A DNA stretch of 64,000 nt, taken from positions 576,001 to 640,000 of the forward strand of contig CAWEWF010000001.1 of assembly GCA_963812605.1 (NCBI GenBank), written 5' to 3'. The translations under genes were made by a program, and so were the position numbers. Within the stretch, counting starts at the first letter, position 1. Each line of letters starts with the position of its first letter. The notes under the pieces were generated by a model. The model was not told the DNA's origin and searched no databases. It worked only from the letters and a program-made list of their open reading frames with translations. This document shows, piece by piece, positions 18,095 through 27,907 of this stretch. Source of the stretch: an uncultured Verrucomicrobiae bacterium (lineage in GTDB: Bacteria; Verrucomicrobiota; Verrucomicrobiia; Palsa-1439).

Positions 18095-19576
18095 ATGAGA
18101 CACCAGTGGATCGGGGGCCAATGGCTCAAATCCAGCCGCGATCGCATCCCGGTCGTCAATCCCGCCACCGAAGAAGTCATCGACCACATTCCGCGCGGCA
18201 CCGCTGCGGACGCCGATCGGGCCGTGCAAGCCGCCCGCGAAGCCTTCAAAATTTGGCGTTGGATGCCCGCTGTTGAAAAGGCGCAACTGCTTCATGCCAT
18301 CGCTCGCGATCTGCGGGCCCGTCACAAGGAACTGGCAACTGTCATGACCGAGGAGGGCGGCAAACCTTTCTGCGAAAATCGCGATGAGGTCGAATGGGTG
18401 GCAGCGTGCTTTGATTATTACGGCGAAATTGGGCGGAACTCGCGCGGCAGTTCGCTCCCGCCGGTCGCCCATCATCAAGTCAATTTCACGATCAAGGAGC
18501 CGTACGGCGTGGTCGTCGGCATTATTCCGTGGAACTATCCGCTGCTGCTGATGGCGTGGAAGGTCGCGCCCGCGTTGATGGCCGGTAACACGGTCATCCT
18601 CAAGCCGAGCGAAGAGACACCACTTTCCACGCTCGATATTGCCGACATTTTTGGCGCGCATCTCCCGAAGGGTGTCGTCAACATCGTGACGGGTTTCGGT
18701 GAGGAAATCGGGGAGGCGCTGGTGAGACATCCCGGCACCGATCTGGTCGCGCTGACCGGCTCGGTGGAAACGGGCAAGCACGTCGGACAACTCTGTGCGG
18801 CGCAGGTGAAGAAATTTCACGGCGAACTCGGCGGCAACGATCCGTTTATCGTTTGCAGCGACGCGGACCTGGAAATTGCGAGTCGCGCGTGTTGCTGGGC
18901 CGCATTTCTCAACACCGGCCAGGTTTGCACCAGCGCCAAGCGCATTTACGTATTCGACGACATCGCGGAGGAATTTACGAAACGAGTTGTCAAGGTCGCA
19001 GAATCGCTGCGGCTGGGGAATGGACTCGATCCCGAGACAGAGATTGGGCCGCTGATCAACCGGAAGCAATTGGCGGATGTCGAATCGCGTGTGAGGGATG
19101 CGGTGCGTGATGGCGCCAAGGTGCTTTGCGGCGGACGCCGCTCGCCGAAGTTCAAAAAAGGTTTTTTCTACGAGCCGACCGTCATGGTGAACGTGAAACA
19201 GAAAATGCGGCTGGTCCACACTGAGACTTTCGGCCCGATTTTGCCCATCATGCGCGTCAAGGGAATCGATCACGCCATCGAATTGGCCAATGATAGCGTA
19301 TACGGCCTCGGCGCGAACATTTACACGAACAACATGGAATGGGCGATGGCCGCGATGGAGCGGATCACCGCCGGTACGTTCTGGATCAATGACCCGCTCA
19401 CCGACAACGATGCCGGTCCGTTCGGCGGAATGCGGCAAACGGGCCACTCGCGCGAACTGGGCGAGGAAGGCATCGATGAGTTCCGTGAAACCAAGCACGT
19501 GCATCTCGATTACAAACAGGAACTCAAGCCGTATTGGTACGGCAAGCGGTACAATAAGGATGCGCCGGGTGTTTAG
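18095..19576 (+). CDS. aldehyde dehydrogenase, likely aminoaldehyde substrate
   Basis: PWNYP, KPSE, ELGG, GQVC, ETFGP; directly downstream of patA. Confidence 0.9.
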   Translation: MRHQWIGGQWLKSSRDRIPVVNPATEEVIDHIPRGTAADADRAVQAAREAFKIWRWMPAVEKAQLLHAIARDLRARHKELATVMTEEGGKPFCENRDEVEWVAACFDYYGEIGRNSRGSSLPPVAHHQVNFTIKEPYGVVVGIIPWNYPLLLMAWKVAPALMAGNTVILKPSEETPLSTLDIADIFGAHLPKGVVNIVTGFGEEIGEALVRHPGTDLVALTGSVETGKHVGQLCAAQVKKFHGELGGNDPFIVCSDADLEIASRACCWAAFLNTGQVCTSAKRIYVFDDIAEEFTKRVVKVAESLRLGNGLDPETEIGPLINRKQLADVESRVRDAVRDGAKVLCGGRRSPKFKKGFFYEPTVMVNVKQKMRLVHTETFGPILPIMRVKGIDHAIELANDSVYGLGANIYTNNMEWAMAAMERITAGTFWINDPLTDNDAGPFGGMRQTGHSRELGEEGIDEFRETKHVHLDYKQELKPYWYGKRYNKDAPGV

Positions 19577-20558
19577 CGGGAGGGGAAACGTCTTTGCGTC
19601 GCTCTTTGTTCTTACAGCCCTGTTGCTTTCCACGAGTTGTACGGTTGTAGAGCACGTCGGCATCGCCCTGCTTTATAAAAAGGCGCCGCTTCCGGATGCG
19701 CAGGTGAGGTACGATGTGCCTTATGTCGACCACAGCCTGCTCGCGGAACAGCGGCTGGATCTGTTTCTTCCCGCAGGAACGAACTGGCCGGTCTTTATTT
19801 TTGTGCATGGCGGGAATTGGGACGCGGGCGACAAGGGTCTGCGCGTGGGTGGAGCGGATGTTTATGACAACATCGGACGCTTCTATGCGGCGCGGGGCAT
19901 CGGCGTGGCCGTCATCAATTATCGCCTGCAGCCAACGGTCAGTTGGCGCGAACAGGTCAAAGACGTAGCGGCGGCGACGGCCTGGATTCATGCTCACATT
20001 GCGGAGTATGGCGGAAATCCTCACCGGATATTCCTGGGCGGGCATTCCGCCGGCGCACAACTCGCCTGTCATGTAACCTTGAATCCAAAACCACTGGCGG
20101 AGGAGGGTCTTTCGCCTTCGATTATTAGCGGTGTGATTTCGGTGAGCGGCGCGGGGCTTGACCTCGCGGACCAGAAGACCTACGACCTGGGGGCGAAGCG
20201 GGCCTTCTATGCCGTTCGGTTTGGTAATAAAGGTCCCCGCGAGGTCTGGCAGCAAGAGGCATCGCCGGTAAGTTACGTCACTTCCAATGCCCCGCCCTTT
20301 CTCATCTTGTACGCGGCAGGGGAGAGCAAAGCACTGCAACGGCAAGCGCAGCGATTACGAGAAGTCCTGGAGGACGAGCATGTTTCCAATCAACTGGTCG
20401 TCGTGCCGGGTCAAAGTCATGAGCGCATGGTTCTTACCCTGAGCCAGCCGGATCGGACTTCGGCGAGCGCCATTCTTGATTTTATTCACGAAACCGCGCA
20501 AAAGAACTTCGAAGCGCAACCACTGAGGAGATTAACGCATGTTGATCCTGGCCATTGA
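19560..20558 (+). CDS. alpha/beta hydrolase (HSL-like esterase), probably exported
   Basis: HGGNW, GHSAG nucleophile, terminal His; hydrophobic N-terminus with Cys. Confidence 0.85.
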   Translation: MRRVFSGRGNVFASLFVLTALLLSTSCTVVEHVGIALLYKKAPLPDAQVRYDVPYVDHSLLAEQRLDLFLPAGTNWPVFIFVHGGNWDAGDKGLRVGGADVYDNIGRFYAARGIGVAVINYRLQPTVSWREQVKDVAAATAWIHAHIAEYGGNPHRIFLGGHSAGAQLACHVTLNPKPLAEEGLSPSIISGVISVSGAGLDLADQKTYDLGAKRAFYAVRFGNKGPREVWQQEASPVSYVTSNAPPFLILYAAGESKALQRQAQRLREVLEDEHVSNQLVVVPGQSHERMVLTLSQPDRTSASAILDFIHETAQKNFEAQPLRRLTHVDPGH

Positions 20559-21996
20559 TCTTGGCACCACGGGCAATCGCGCCATCGTATTCAACCATGA
20601 GACGCGCGTGCTCGCGAAAAGCCATCGCGAATTTCGGCAACTCTTTCCGCAACCAGGGTGGGTCGAGCACGATCCTATGGAAATCTGGGAGACCACCCGT
20701 GCCGTAATCGCGGAGGTTGTGGCCCGGGTGGACGCCGGGCAAATTGCGGCGGTAGGCATTACCAACCAGCGAGAGACCATCGTTTCCTGGGACCCGGAGA
20801 CCGGGGAACCGTTGCACAATGCCATCGTCTGGCAGGACCGTCGCACCAGTGCGCGCTGCGCGGGAATCAAGCGCGAGGGCTTTGAAGGGGAAATCCGCCA
20901 GCGTACCGGGCTGGTCTGTGATCCGTATTTCTCCGCGACGAAAATCGAATGGTTGCTGCAAAATGTGCCCGCTATACGGCGTGGGATTTTCGGGACGATT
21001 GATTCCTGGATCCTTTCGAAACTCACCGGCGGCCGGGTCCACGCCACGGATGTGAGCAACGCCTCGCGCACGATGCTCTTCAATCTTCAAGAGCGCCGTT
21101 GGGATGGCAAATTGCTGGAGTATTTCGGCGTGTCGCGGGAAGCACTACCCGAAGTGCGCGCCAGTTCCGGGGAGTTTGGCATGCTGGATCCGGGCTTGTT
21201 CGGTTTTTCGGCGCCGATTTGCGGCGTGGTGGGCGACCAGCAAGGCGCGATGTTTGCGCAGGGTTGTTACGAATCGGGGATCATCAAGAACACGTATGGC
21301 ACCGGTTTGTTCCTGATGATGAATACGGGAGCGACGCCGAGGACCTCGAATCACCTGCTCGCCACGATTGCGTGGCAGATCGGCGACAAGGTTGATTACG
21401 CGCTGGAAGGCAGCGTTTTTGTTGGCGGCGCGGCCATTCAATGGCTGCGCGACCACTTGCAGATCATCACGGCCTCTCACGAAACGGAATCACTGGCCGC
21501 CAGTCTTTCCTCCAACGACGGCGTCTATTTTGTCCCGGCGTTGACGGGGCTCGGCGCGCCGCATTGGGATGCGGGCGCGCGCGGGACGATCCTCGGTCTG
21601 ACCCGCGCCACCACCCGGGCGCATCTGGTCCGGGCCGCGTTGGAGGCCATCGCGTACCAAACGCGGGACCTGGTGGACGCGATGTGCGCGGAACTCGACA
21701 CGCCCCTGCGCAAGCTACAAGTGGATGGCGGCGCCTGTGCCAACAATTTCTTAATGCAATTCCAAGCGGACATTTTGGGCGTGCCCGTCGAGCGGCCGGC
21801 GATGATTGAAATGACCGCGTTGGGCGCGGCCGGCCTGGCGGGACTTCATGCCGGGGCATGGTCGAGTCCATCCGATTTCCTGTCGCATCGCATCGTCGAA
21901 CGCGTGTTCCAACCGGCGATGCTCGCGCCGTTGCGCGAGAGTTTGTACGCGAAATGGCAGGAAGCGGTAGCGCGGTCGCGTGGCTGGGCGACTTAA
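20539..21996 (+). CDS. glpK: glycerol kinase
   Basis: DLGTT, GITNQRET, WQDRRT, TDVSNASRT, GDQQ, KNTYGTG. Confidence 0.95.
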   Translation: MLILAIDLGTTGNRAIVFNHETRVLAKSHREFRQLFPQPGWVEHDPMEIWETTRAVIAEVVARVDAGQIAAVGITNQRETIVSWDPETGEPLHNAIVWQDRRTSARCAGIKREGFEGEIRQRTGLVCDPYFSATKIEWLLQNVPAIRRGIFGTIDSWILSKLTGGRVHATDVSNASRTMLFNLQERRWDGKLLEYFGVSREALPEVRASSGEFGMLDPGLFGFSAPICGVVGDQQGAMFAQGCYESGIIKNTYGTGLFLMMNTGATPRTSNHLLATIAWQIGDKVDYALEGSVFVGGAAIQWLRDHLQIITASHETESLAASLSSNDGVYFVPALTGLGAPHWDAGARGTILGLTRATTRAHLVRAALEAIAYQTRDLVDAMCAELDTPLRKLQVDGGACANNFLMQFQADILGVPVERPAMIEMTALGAAGLAGLHAGAWSSPSDFLSHRIVERVFQPAMLAPLRESLYAKWQEAVARSRGWAT

Positions 21997-22017
21997 GGTA
22001 GGGGTTTCGTTTCGCTT

Positions 22018-22046
22018 CTGTAACACTGCGGTGACCCATTCGTCAC
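22018..22046 (+). promoter_or_regulatory. candidate Pho box (three direct repeats with 11-bp period)
   Basis: CTGTAAC-N4-CGGTGAC-N4-TCGTCAC, followed by CATAGT/TAGAAT just before the ATG. Confidence 0.5.
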
Positions 22047-22071
22047 CAGCGACAGGCATAGTAGAATTACA

Positions 22072-22878
22072 ATGGAATATCGAACTGTCTGGATGTCCGA
22101 TCTGCACCTGGGCACTCGCGGCAGCGACGTCGCGGGCGTGCTGGATTTTCTCAAGCACAACGAGTTCGAGACGCTGTACCTGGTCGGGGATATCATCGAC
22201 ATCTGGCGATTGCGCCGGGAGCGCTATTGGCCGCAGTCCCACAACGACGTGATCCAGAAGATCCTGCGCAAGGCGCGCAAAGGGACGGAGGTCGTGGTCA
22301 TTCCCGGCAATCACGACGAGTTTTGCCTCAACTTCCTCGGAGTCTACGGCAATATCCTCGTGAAGGAACAACACGTGCACACCACGGCGGACGGCGTGCG
22401 GCTGCTGGTGTTGCACGGGCACGAGTTCGACTCCGTCACCATGCACGCGAAGTGGATGGCCCATTTGGGGGACGCCGGCTATACCTTGTTGCTGCAGTTG
22501 AATCGTCCGCTGAACCTGGTGCGCCGTTTGTTCGGGTTCGGTTATTGGTCGTTTAGCGCTTACGTGAAACAAAGCGTCAAAAAAGTCGTCAACGTGGTCA
22601 GCCGATTCGAGGAGGCCGTGGCCCACTACGCCGAACTGCATCACGTCGACGGGATCGTCTGCGGGCACATCCACACCCCGGCGGTGCGGCAGATTCGCGG
22701 CGTGAATTACTATAACACGGGTGACTGGGTTGAGAGCAGCACCGCGTTGGTTGAGCATTTTGACGGGCGCCTGGAACTGGTGTACTGGCGCGAGGAAAGC
22801 GCAGGCAACACGATGGAGATCGAGGCCACTCCATCGGATCTGGCGGACAAATCCGGACTGATCACCGCTGCGCGCTAG
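22072..22878 (+). CDS. metallophosphoesterase, PlcP/LpxH-like
   Basis: SDLHLG, GDIID, WPQSHNDVIQKILRKARKG, GNHD, HGHEFD, GHIH, NTGDWVES. Confidence 0.85.
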   Translation: MEYRTVWMSDLHLGTRGSDVAGVLDFLKHNEFETLYLVGDIIDIWRLRRERYWPQSHNDVIQKILRKARKGTEVVVIPGNHDEFCLNFLGVYGNILVKEQHVHTTADGVRLLVLHGHEFDSVTMHAKWMAHLGDAGYTLLLQLNRPLNLVRRLFGFGYWSFSAYVKQSVKKVVNVVSRFEEAVAHYAELHHVDGIVCGHIHTPAVRQIRGVNYYNTGDWVESSTALVEHFDGRLELVYWREESAGNTMEIEATPSDLADKSGLITAAR

Positions 22879-23040
22879 AATTCCCTCGTAAATGGCAGCA
22901 TGCGCTTTCGCGCTGTCGTCCTTGGAATTCAATTCTTTCGGCCTTGCTTGTCACTCCCCAAAACCTGATATACGTAGCAGCACCTTGCAGGAAAGCTGTT
23001 AACGGTTGACGTTGTATTATTCAACGGGAGGGACGACGAG

Positions 23041-24498
23041 ATGAAGACTTACAAGAACTACGTCAACAACGAATGGGTCAGCGGCGCGGGTACCCGCGAT
23101 GTTTTCAATCCCGCCACGGGCGAGCCGTTTGCGGTCGTCCCGGAGACTGACAATGCGGACGTGGATCGCGCGGTGCAGGCGGCGCGCGCGGCGTTCGACA
23201 CCACGAACTGGCGTGACTCTTCCCAGGCGATGGCCCGCGGCCGCGTGCTGTTCAAGATGGCCGAACTTGTCCGCAAGAACGCCGCGATGCTGGCCGAGTT
23301 GGAGACGCTGAATGGCGGCAAGCCAATTGTCGAAAGTGAATTCGACATGAATGACGTCGCGACGTGCTTCGAGTATTTCGGCGGCCTGGCGACGAAAGTG
23401 CATGGGGAAACGCTGGCTGTTCCCGATAACGCGCTGAACTTCACCTTGCGCGAACCCGTCGGCGTCGCCGCCCTCATTATTCCCTGGAATTATCCGCTGA
23501 TGATGGCCGCGTGGAAACTCGGCCCCGCGCTGGCGGCGGGCTGCGCCGTGATTCTCAAACCCGCCGAGCAAACGCCACTCACCGCGCTCGAATTCGCGAA
23601 GCTGGTGCAGAAGCACATCCCCGAATTGCCCGCGGGCATTTTCAACGTCGTGACCGGCGACGTGGTGGCGGGCCGGGCGCTCGTCGAATCGGCGCACGTC
23701 GACAAGGTCGCGTTCACGGGCGGTGCCGACACCGGCAAGGCCATCCTGCGCAGCATCGGCAGCACGCACCTGAAGAAGGTTTCGCTCGAACTCGGCGGCA
23801 AATCGCCCAACATCTTTTTCGCCGATGCGGATCTCGACGCCGCCACCGACGGCGCGCTGTTCGGCGTCTTTATCAACCAGGGCGAAGTGTGCAGCGCGGG
23901 ATCGCGCGTGCTCGTCCAGCAGGACATCTTCAAGAAATTCATGGAGCGCATGAAAGAGAAGACCAAGCGCATCAAGTTGGGCGACCCGCGGAAACGCGAG
24001 ACGAAGATGGGGCCGCTGGTTAGTGAAGAGCACCTCGAAAAAGTCGCGAGCTACATCGAGATCGGCAAGAAGGAGGCGAAGCTCCTTGCCGGCGGCAATC
24101 GCCCGAAGAATTTCAAAAAAGGCTACTACCTCGAACCGACGATCTTTGAGACCGACAACACGACGCGCATTGCCCGCGAGGAAATTTTCGGCCCGGTTGT
24201 GGCGTGCATTCCCTTCAAGGACGAAGCCGACGCGCTCCAGATCGCCAACGACACACCCTACGGTCTCGCCGCCGCCGTGTGGTCCCGCGACATCTTCAAG
24301 TGCTTGCGCGTCGTGAAAAATCTCCGCGCCGGCATCGTCTGGGTCAACACCATGCAACCGTGCTACGTCGAGTCCCCGTGGGGCGGCTACAAAGCCAGTG
24401 GCCAGGGCCGCGAGCTGTCCCTGCACGGCATGGACGAGTTTTTGGAGACGAAACAGGTCCACATCAACCTCAGCGAAACGCCGATTGGGTGGTATTAG
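23041..24498 (+). CDS. aldehyde dehydrogenase (betaine/aminoaldehyde type)
   Basis: PWNYP, KPAEQTP, LELGGKSP, NQGEVC, EEIFGP. Confidence 0.92.
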   Translation: MKTYKNYVNNEWVSGAGTRDVFNPATGEPFAVVPETDNADVDRAVQAARAAFDTTNWRDSSQAMARGRVLFKMAELVRKNAAMLAELETLNGGKPIVESEFDMNDVATCFEYFGGLATKVHGETLAVPDNALNFTLREPVGVAALIIPWNYPLMMAAWKLGPALAAGCAVILKPAEQTPLTALEFAKLVQKHIPELPAGIFNVVTGDVVAGRALVESAHVDKVAFTGGADTGKAILRSIGSTHLKKVSLELGGKSPNIFFADADLDAATDGALFGVFINQGEVCSAGSRVLVQQDIFKKFMERMKEKTKRIKLGDPRKRETKMGPLVSEEHLEKVASYIEIGKKEAKLLAGGNRPKNFKKGYYLEPTIFETDNTTRIAREEIFGPVVACIPFKDEADALQIANDTPYGLAAAVWSRDIFKCLRVVKNLRAGIVWVNTMQPCYVESPWGGYKASGQGRELSLHGMDEFLETKQVHINLSETPIGWY

Positions 24499-24609
24499 CC
24501 GGGTCTTTATTGCTATCCTAAGTCAGTCGAGGAATATCTGCCGCGGCCTGTGGGCCGGTGAGATGATGTGTTCTTGAAAACTCAGCAACCTCGCCCCATA
24601 CTCATCGCG

Positions 24610-25591
24610 ATGTCTGCTCATTCAACGGACGCAACCAGCGCTTTGTCGGGCCTCACGACTGCTCGAACGGATGCAGTAGTACAGGATTCAATCGTCTCAA
24701 AGTCTTACAGGACACGGGGTGGCATCATGTATCAGGGCCACGCGGAAGCCGCGCTTACATCTGCAGGATTCGAGCAGTATCGTGGCAAAGTGCAGATGAT
24801 TTTTACTTCGCCGCCATTCCCGCTGAATAGAAAAAAGAAGTACGGCAACTTCCAAGGCGAGGCATACTCGAAGTGGCTCGCGAGCTTCGCACCAATTTTC
24901 CGCGATCTATTGAAGAAGGACGGCTCGATTGTGATGGAGATGGGCAATGCTTGGGAGCCGGGCAAGCCAGTTATGTCCACACTGGCACTCCGTGCACTGC
25001 TCACCTTTCTCGATGCTGGCAGGTTTCACCTTTGTCAGCAATTCGTTTGCTATAACCCCGCTAGGCTACCCAGCCGGACAGTGGGTAAACGTCGAGAGAA
25101 TTAGGGTGAAGGATGCATTCACTCACGTCTGGTGGATGTCCCCGTCGGAGCGTCCGAAAGCCAACAATCGCGGTGTCCTACAAGAATACAGCTCGTCCAT
25201 GAAGAAACTGCTTGCCTCGAAGAAATATAACTCAGGTAAGCGACCCTCTGAGCATCACATCGGCGTATCCTCCTTTCTCAAGAACAACGACGGCGCGATA
25301 CCGCCGAATGTGCTGACTTACGCGAACACGAGTGCAAGTGATGACTACCTAAAGTACTGTCGCAAAAATGGATTGCAGCTTCATCCGGCGCGAATGCCTG
25401 CGAAATTGCCTGAGTTCTTTATCAAGCTTCTAACCAACCCTAAGAATCTCGTTCTCGATCCGTTCGCTGGCAGCAACACGACTGGTGCTGCTGCCGAGCG
25501 GCTGAAACGCCGGTGGATGTCGATTGAACTCAATCCAACGTATGTCGCGGGATCAAGAGGACGCTTTGACAACATCCTCCCGGAGAAGTAA
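24610..25591 (+). CDS. beta-class N4-C/N6-A DNA methyltransferase (M.PvuII-like), with one frameshift near 25072
   Basis: FTSPPF (motif IV) in the first frame; HPARMP and DPFAGSNTTG (motif I) in the second; frames join at NPARLP/QWVN. Confidence 0.85.
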
Positions 25592-25594
25592 CAG

Positions 25595-27895
25595 ATGACG
25601 ACACGAGAGTTCTACGACGCGCTCGTAACAGCATCGACAGTTAAAGACGTAAGCGAAGCTCTCCGTGCTTTTGAATTGAGCCACAGCGGTGAGGAGCGTT
25701 GGGTGCCGGTTGGTGCGCGTGACAACAACCGAGGTGCAATCGAAGCATCAGCAGATCCCGGTCGGTCTCTTGTCGAACGACTCACCAACGGAATCGATGC
25801 AGTGCTTGAAGCCGAGCATAATAGCCATGACGGCCTTCCTCTGTGCCGCAGTCCCAAAGAAGCGGCAGCAGCTTGGTTGAATGTAGCGGAAGGCGGCTTA
25901 AGTGAGATGACAGCCGCACAAAGACGATCTCTTGCACTACGTGCGGCGGTAATCCTCCGTGATGGGGACGGAAAAGATGGACGGTTGGTGGAAGTAAGAG
26001 ACAATGGAATTGGCCTTACTCCTGACCAAATGCCAACAACGATCCTCAGTCTCAATGAAAGCAACAAGATGCAGAAGCACTATCTTGCCGGCACTTACGG
26101 GCAGGGCGGTTCGAGCACTTACGCAGTCAGCAAGTACACGCTCATCGCCAGTCGTTGCAATGGCTATCCAACCGTTGGCTTCACCTTGGTTTGCTTCTTA
26201 GATTTGCCGCCGGAGCAATTCAAGACCGGCCACTACGTGTACCTGACATTAAACGGTTCTGTTCTCCAGATGGAACTACCGCTGGAGGAATTTGCGACAG
26301 GCACGGTCGTTAAGCACTTCGGGTACGACCTCAGCAATTATGCCTCTCCGATTGGGCCGAACAGCGTGTACGGATTGCTGAACCAAATTCTATTCGATCC
26401 AGTAATGCCCGTGTGGCTTGACAACCAAGTTCACGGATACCGACGGGTTATCAAAGGGTCTCGGAATGCATTGAACGGCGCGGTCGATGATGGTGACGAA
26501 AACCGGCGTGGCCCACCTTTGTCACACAATGTTCGCATGTTTCATATATCTCTTGGCGACTACGGTCGGATCGGCATTGAATACTGGGTGTTGGAGCGAC
26601 CATCGAAAGAGAACAAGAACCCGATAGCTGCGTTTGTGAATCCCTCTCGGCCGATTGTATTAACTCTTCATGGTCAAAATCATGCCGAGCTGGGCCGAAC
26701 GCTTGTAAAGAAGGACGCCGAGCTGCCTTATCTGACCCAGCGGCTGATCTGCCACGTAGACTGCAACTCGCTGACGCCATATGCGAAGCGTGTTCTGTTC
26801 GTCTCAAACCGGGAAGAAGTGCGGCGTGGCGCTGTCTACAACCTCATCGAGCAAGAAGTGGTACGGGCATTGCGTTCTGACGATGAACTTGTTCGTTTGA
26901 ATAACGAAGCTCGCGAGCATAGCCTTCGGGAGCGTGATGAAACCGCAGTTCAGGAGATGCAACGGGAAGTTGCGCGACTTCTGCGGATTTATGGAATCAA
27001 TCTTGCCGAGGCTGTTGGTAGCGAAGCAGGGGGGCAGGAAGCTGGCCAAGTTCGTCCTACGCGCCCACACCCGCCTCGTCCACCACCGGTACCAATTGAA
27101 TTGCACGACCCTCCAACATACATTCGATTTCGTTGGTCGGATGGTGAGCCGATTCGGTTTCATCCTGAACAGAGACGTTTCATCAGAGTTGAGACAGACG
27201 CAAATAGCCTCTACCATAATCCAAACAACCCAACAGCCTCGCAAGTTAACATCATCCTCTCGTGCGCCGGTGTGAAGCTTTGCGGATCGACGCCATTGCA
27301 GGGAGGGAGGATGCGTGCGATTTGTGAAGCAAGTTCAACCGCGAGAGTGGGCGACGTGGGAACAATTCGTATCGAACTGACCCGACCCGGGCTATCCACA
27401 TTGTCCGATGAGCGCCCCATTTCGATAGTGCAGCAGCCGCTTGTACGCCCAGCTGCGCGACAGACTAGTCTACCCCCATTCGAGATTCGACCTGTCGAAG
27501 GACCAGACGTTGAGCAGTGGAACGTTTTGGGGTGGCCTGAGAACGTCAACTCCGTGGCTTCGTCTGCTGTCATGGAGAGTGGCACGCTCATCATCTACTA
27601 CTCGACAGTATATCCGAAATACGCGAGTCAGTTCATGTCATTTGAGGGGCGCGACCCTGCGCTCGCCAACTCATTTAGGAAGCGATACGAGATCTGGCTC
27701 GCGACACATTCGCTGCTTTACTACCAAGATCAGCAAACCGCATCTGCTGAAGCAGCGCAACGCGGCCAACCGGAAGAGAACGATGATTTGGCAGAAGCCA
27801 GAGAACGACAAGAGCGTTGTCGAATCGCGACACTCGCCACGCTGTTTGGAGCACGCGAAGTGCAGATTCCAGGAGCGCTCACAGAAACGGACTAA
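25595..27895 (+). CDS. GHKL-family ATPase (MORC/TopoVI-B-like) with long uncharacterised C-terminal region
   Basis: ERLTNGIDA (N box), DNGIG (G1), GTYGQGG (G2), TGT. Confidence 0.8.
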   Translation: MTTREFYDALVTASTVKDVSEALRAFELSHSGEERWVPVGARDNNRGAIEASADPGRSLVERLTNGIDAVLEAEHNSHDGLPLCRSPKEAAAAWLNVAEGGLSEMTAAQRRSLALRAAVILRDGDGKDGRLVEVRDNGIGLTPDQMPTTILSLNESNKMQKHYLAGTYGQGGSSTYAVSKYTLIASRCNGYPTVGFTLVCFLDLPPEQFKTGHYVYLTLNGSVLQMELPLEEFATGTVVKHFGYDLSNYASPIGPNSVYGLLNQILFDPVMPVWLDNQVHGYRRVIKGSRNALNGAVDDGDENRRGPPLSHNVRMFHISLGDYGRIGIEYWVLERPSKENKNPIAAFVNPSRPIVLTLHGQNHAELGRTLVKKDAELPYLTQRLICHVDCNSLTPYAKRVLFVSNREEVRRGAVYNLIEQEVVRALRSDDELVRLNNEAREHSLRERDETAVQEMQREVARLLRIYGINLAEAVGSEAGGQEAGQVRPTRPHPPRPPPVPIELHDPPTYIRFRWSDGEPIRFHPEQRRFIRVETDANSLYHNPNNPTASQVNIILSCAGVKLCGSTPLQGGRMRAICEASSTARVGDVGTIRIELTRPGLSTLSDERPISIVQQPLVRPAARQTSLPPFEIRPVEGPDVEQWNVLGWPENVNSVASSAVMESGTLIIYYSTVYPKYASQFMSFEGRDPALANSFRKRYEIWLATHSLLYYQDQQTASAEAAQRGQPEENDDLAEARERQERCRIATLATLFGAREVQIPGALTETD

Positions 27896-27907
27896 TCCAA
27901 AGCATTC

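Noticed and set aside
16691-19663. Long antisense ORFs (990 aa here; also 13637..15283, 23017..24462, 30121..31788 and 46520..48985)
   Set aside because: They mirror well-supported genes on the other strand, as expected from high-GC codon bias.
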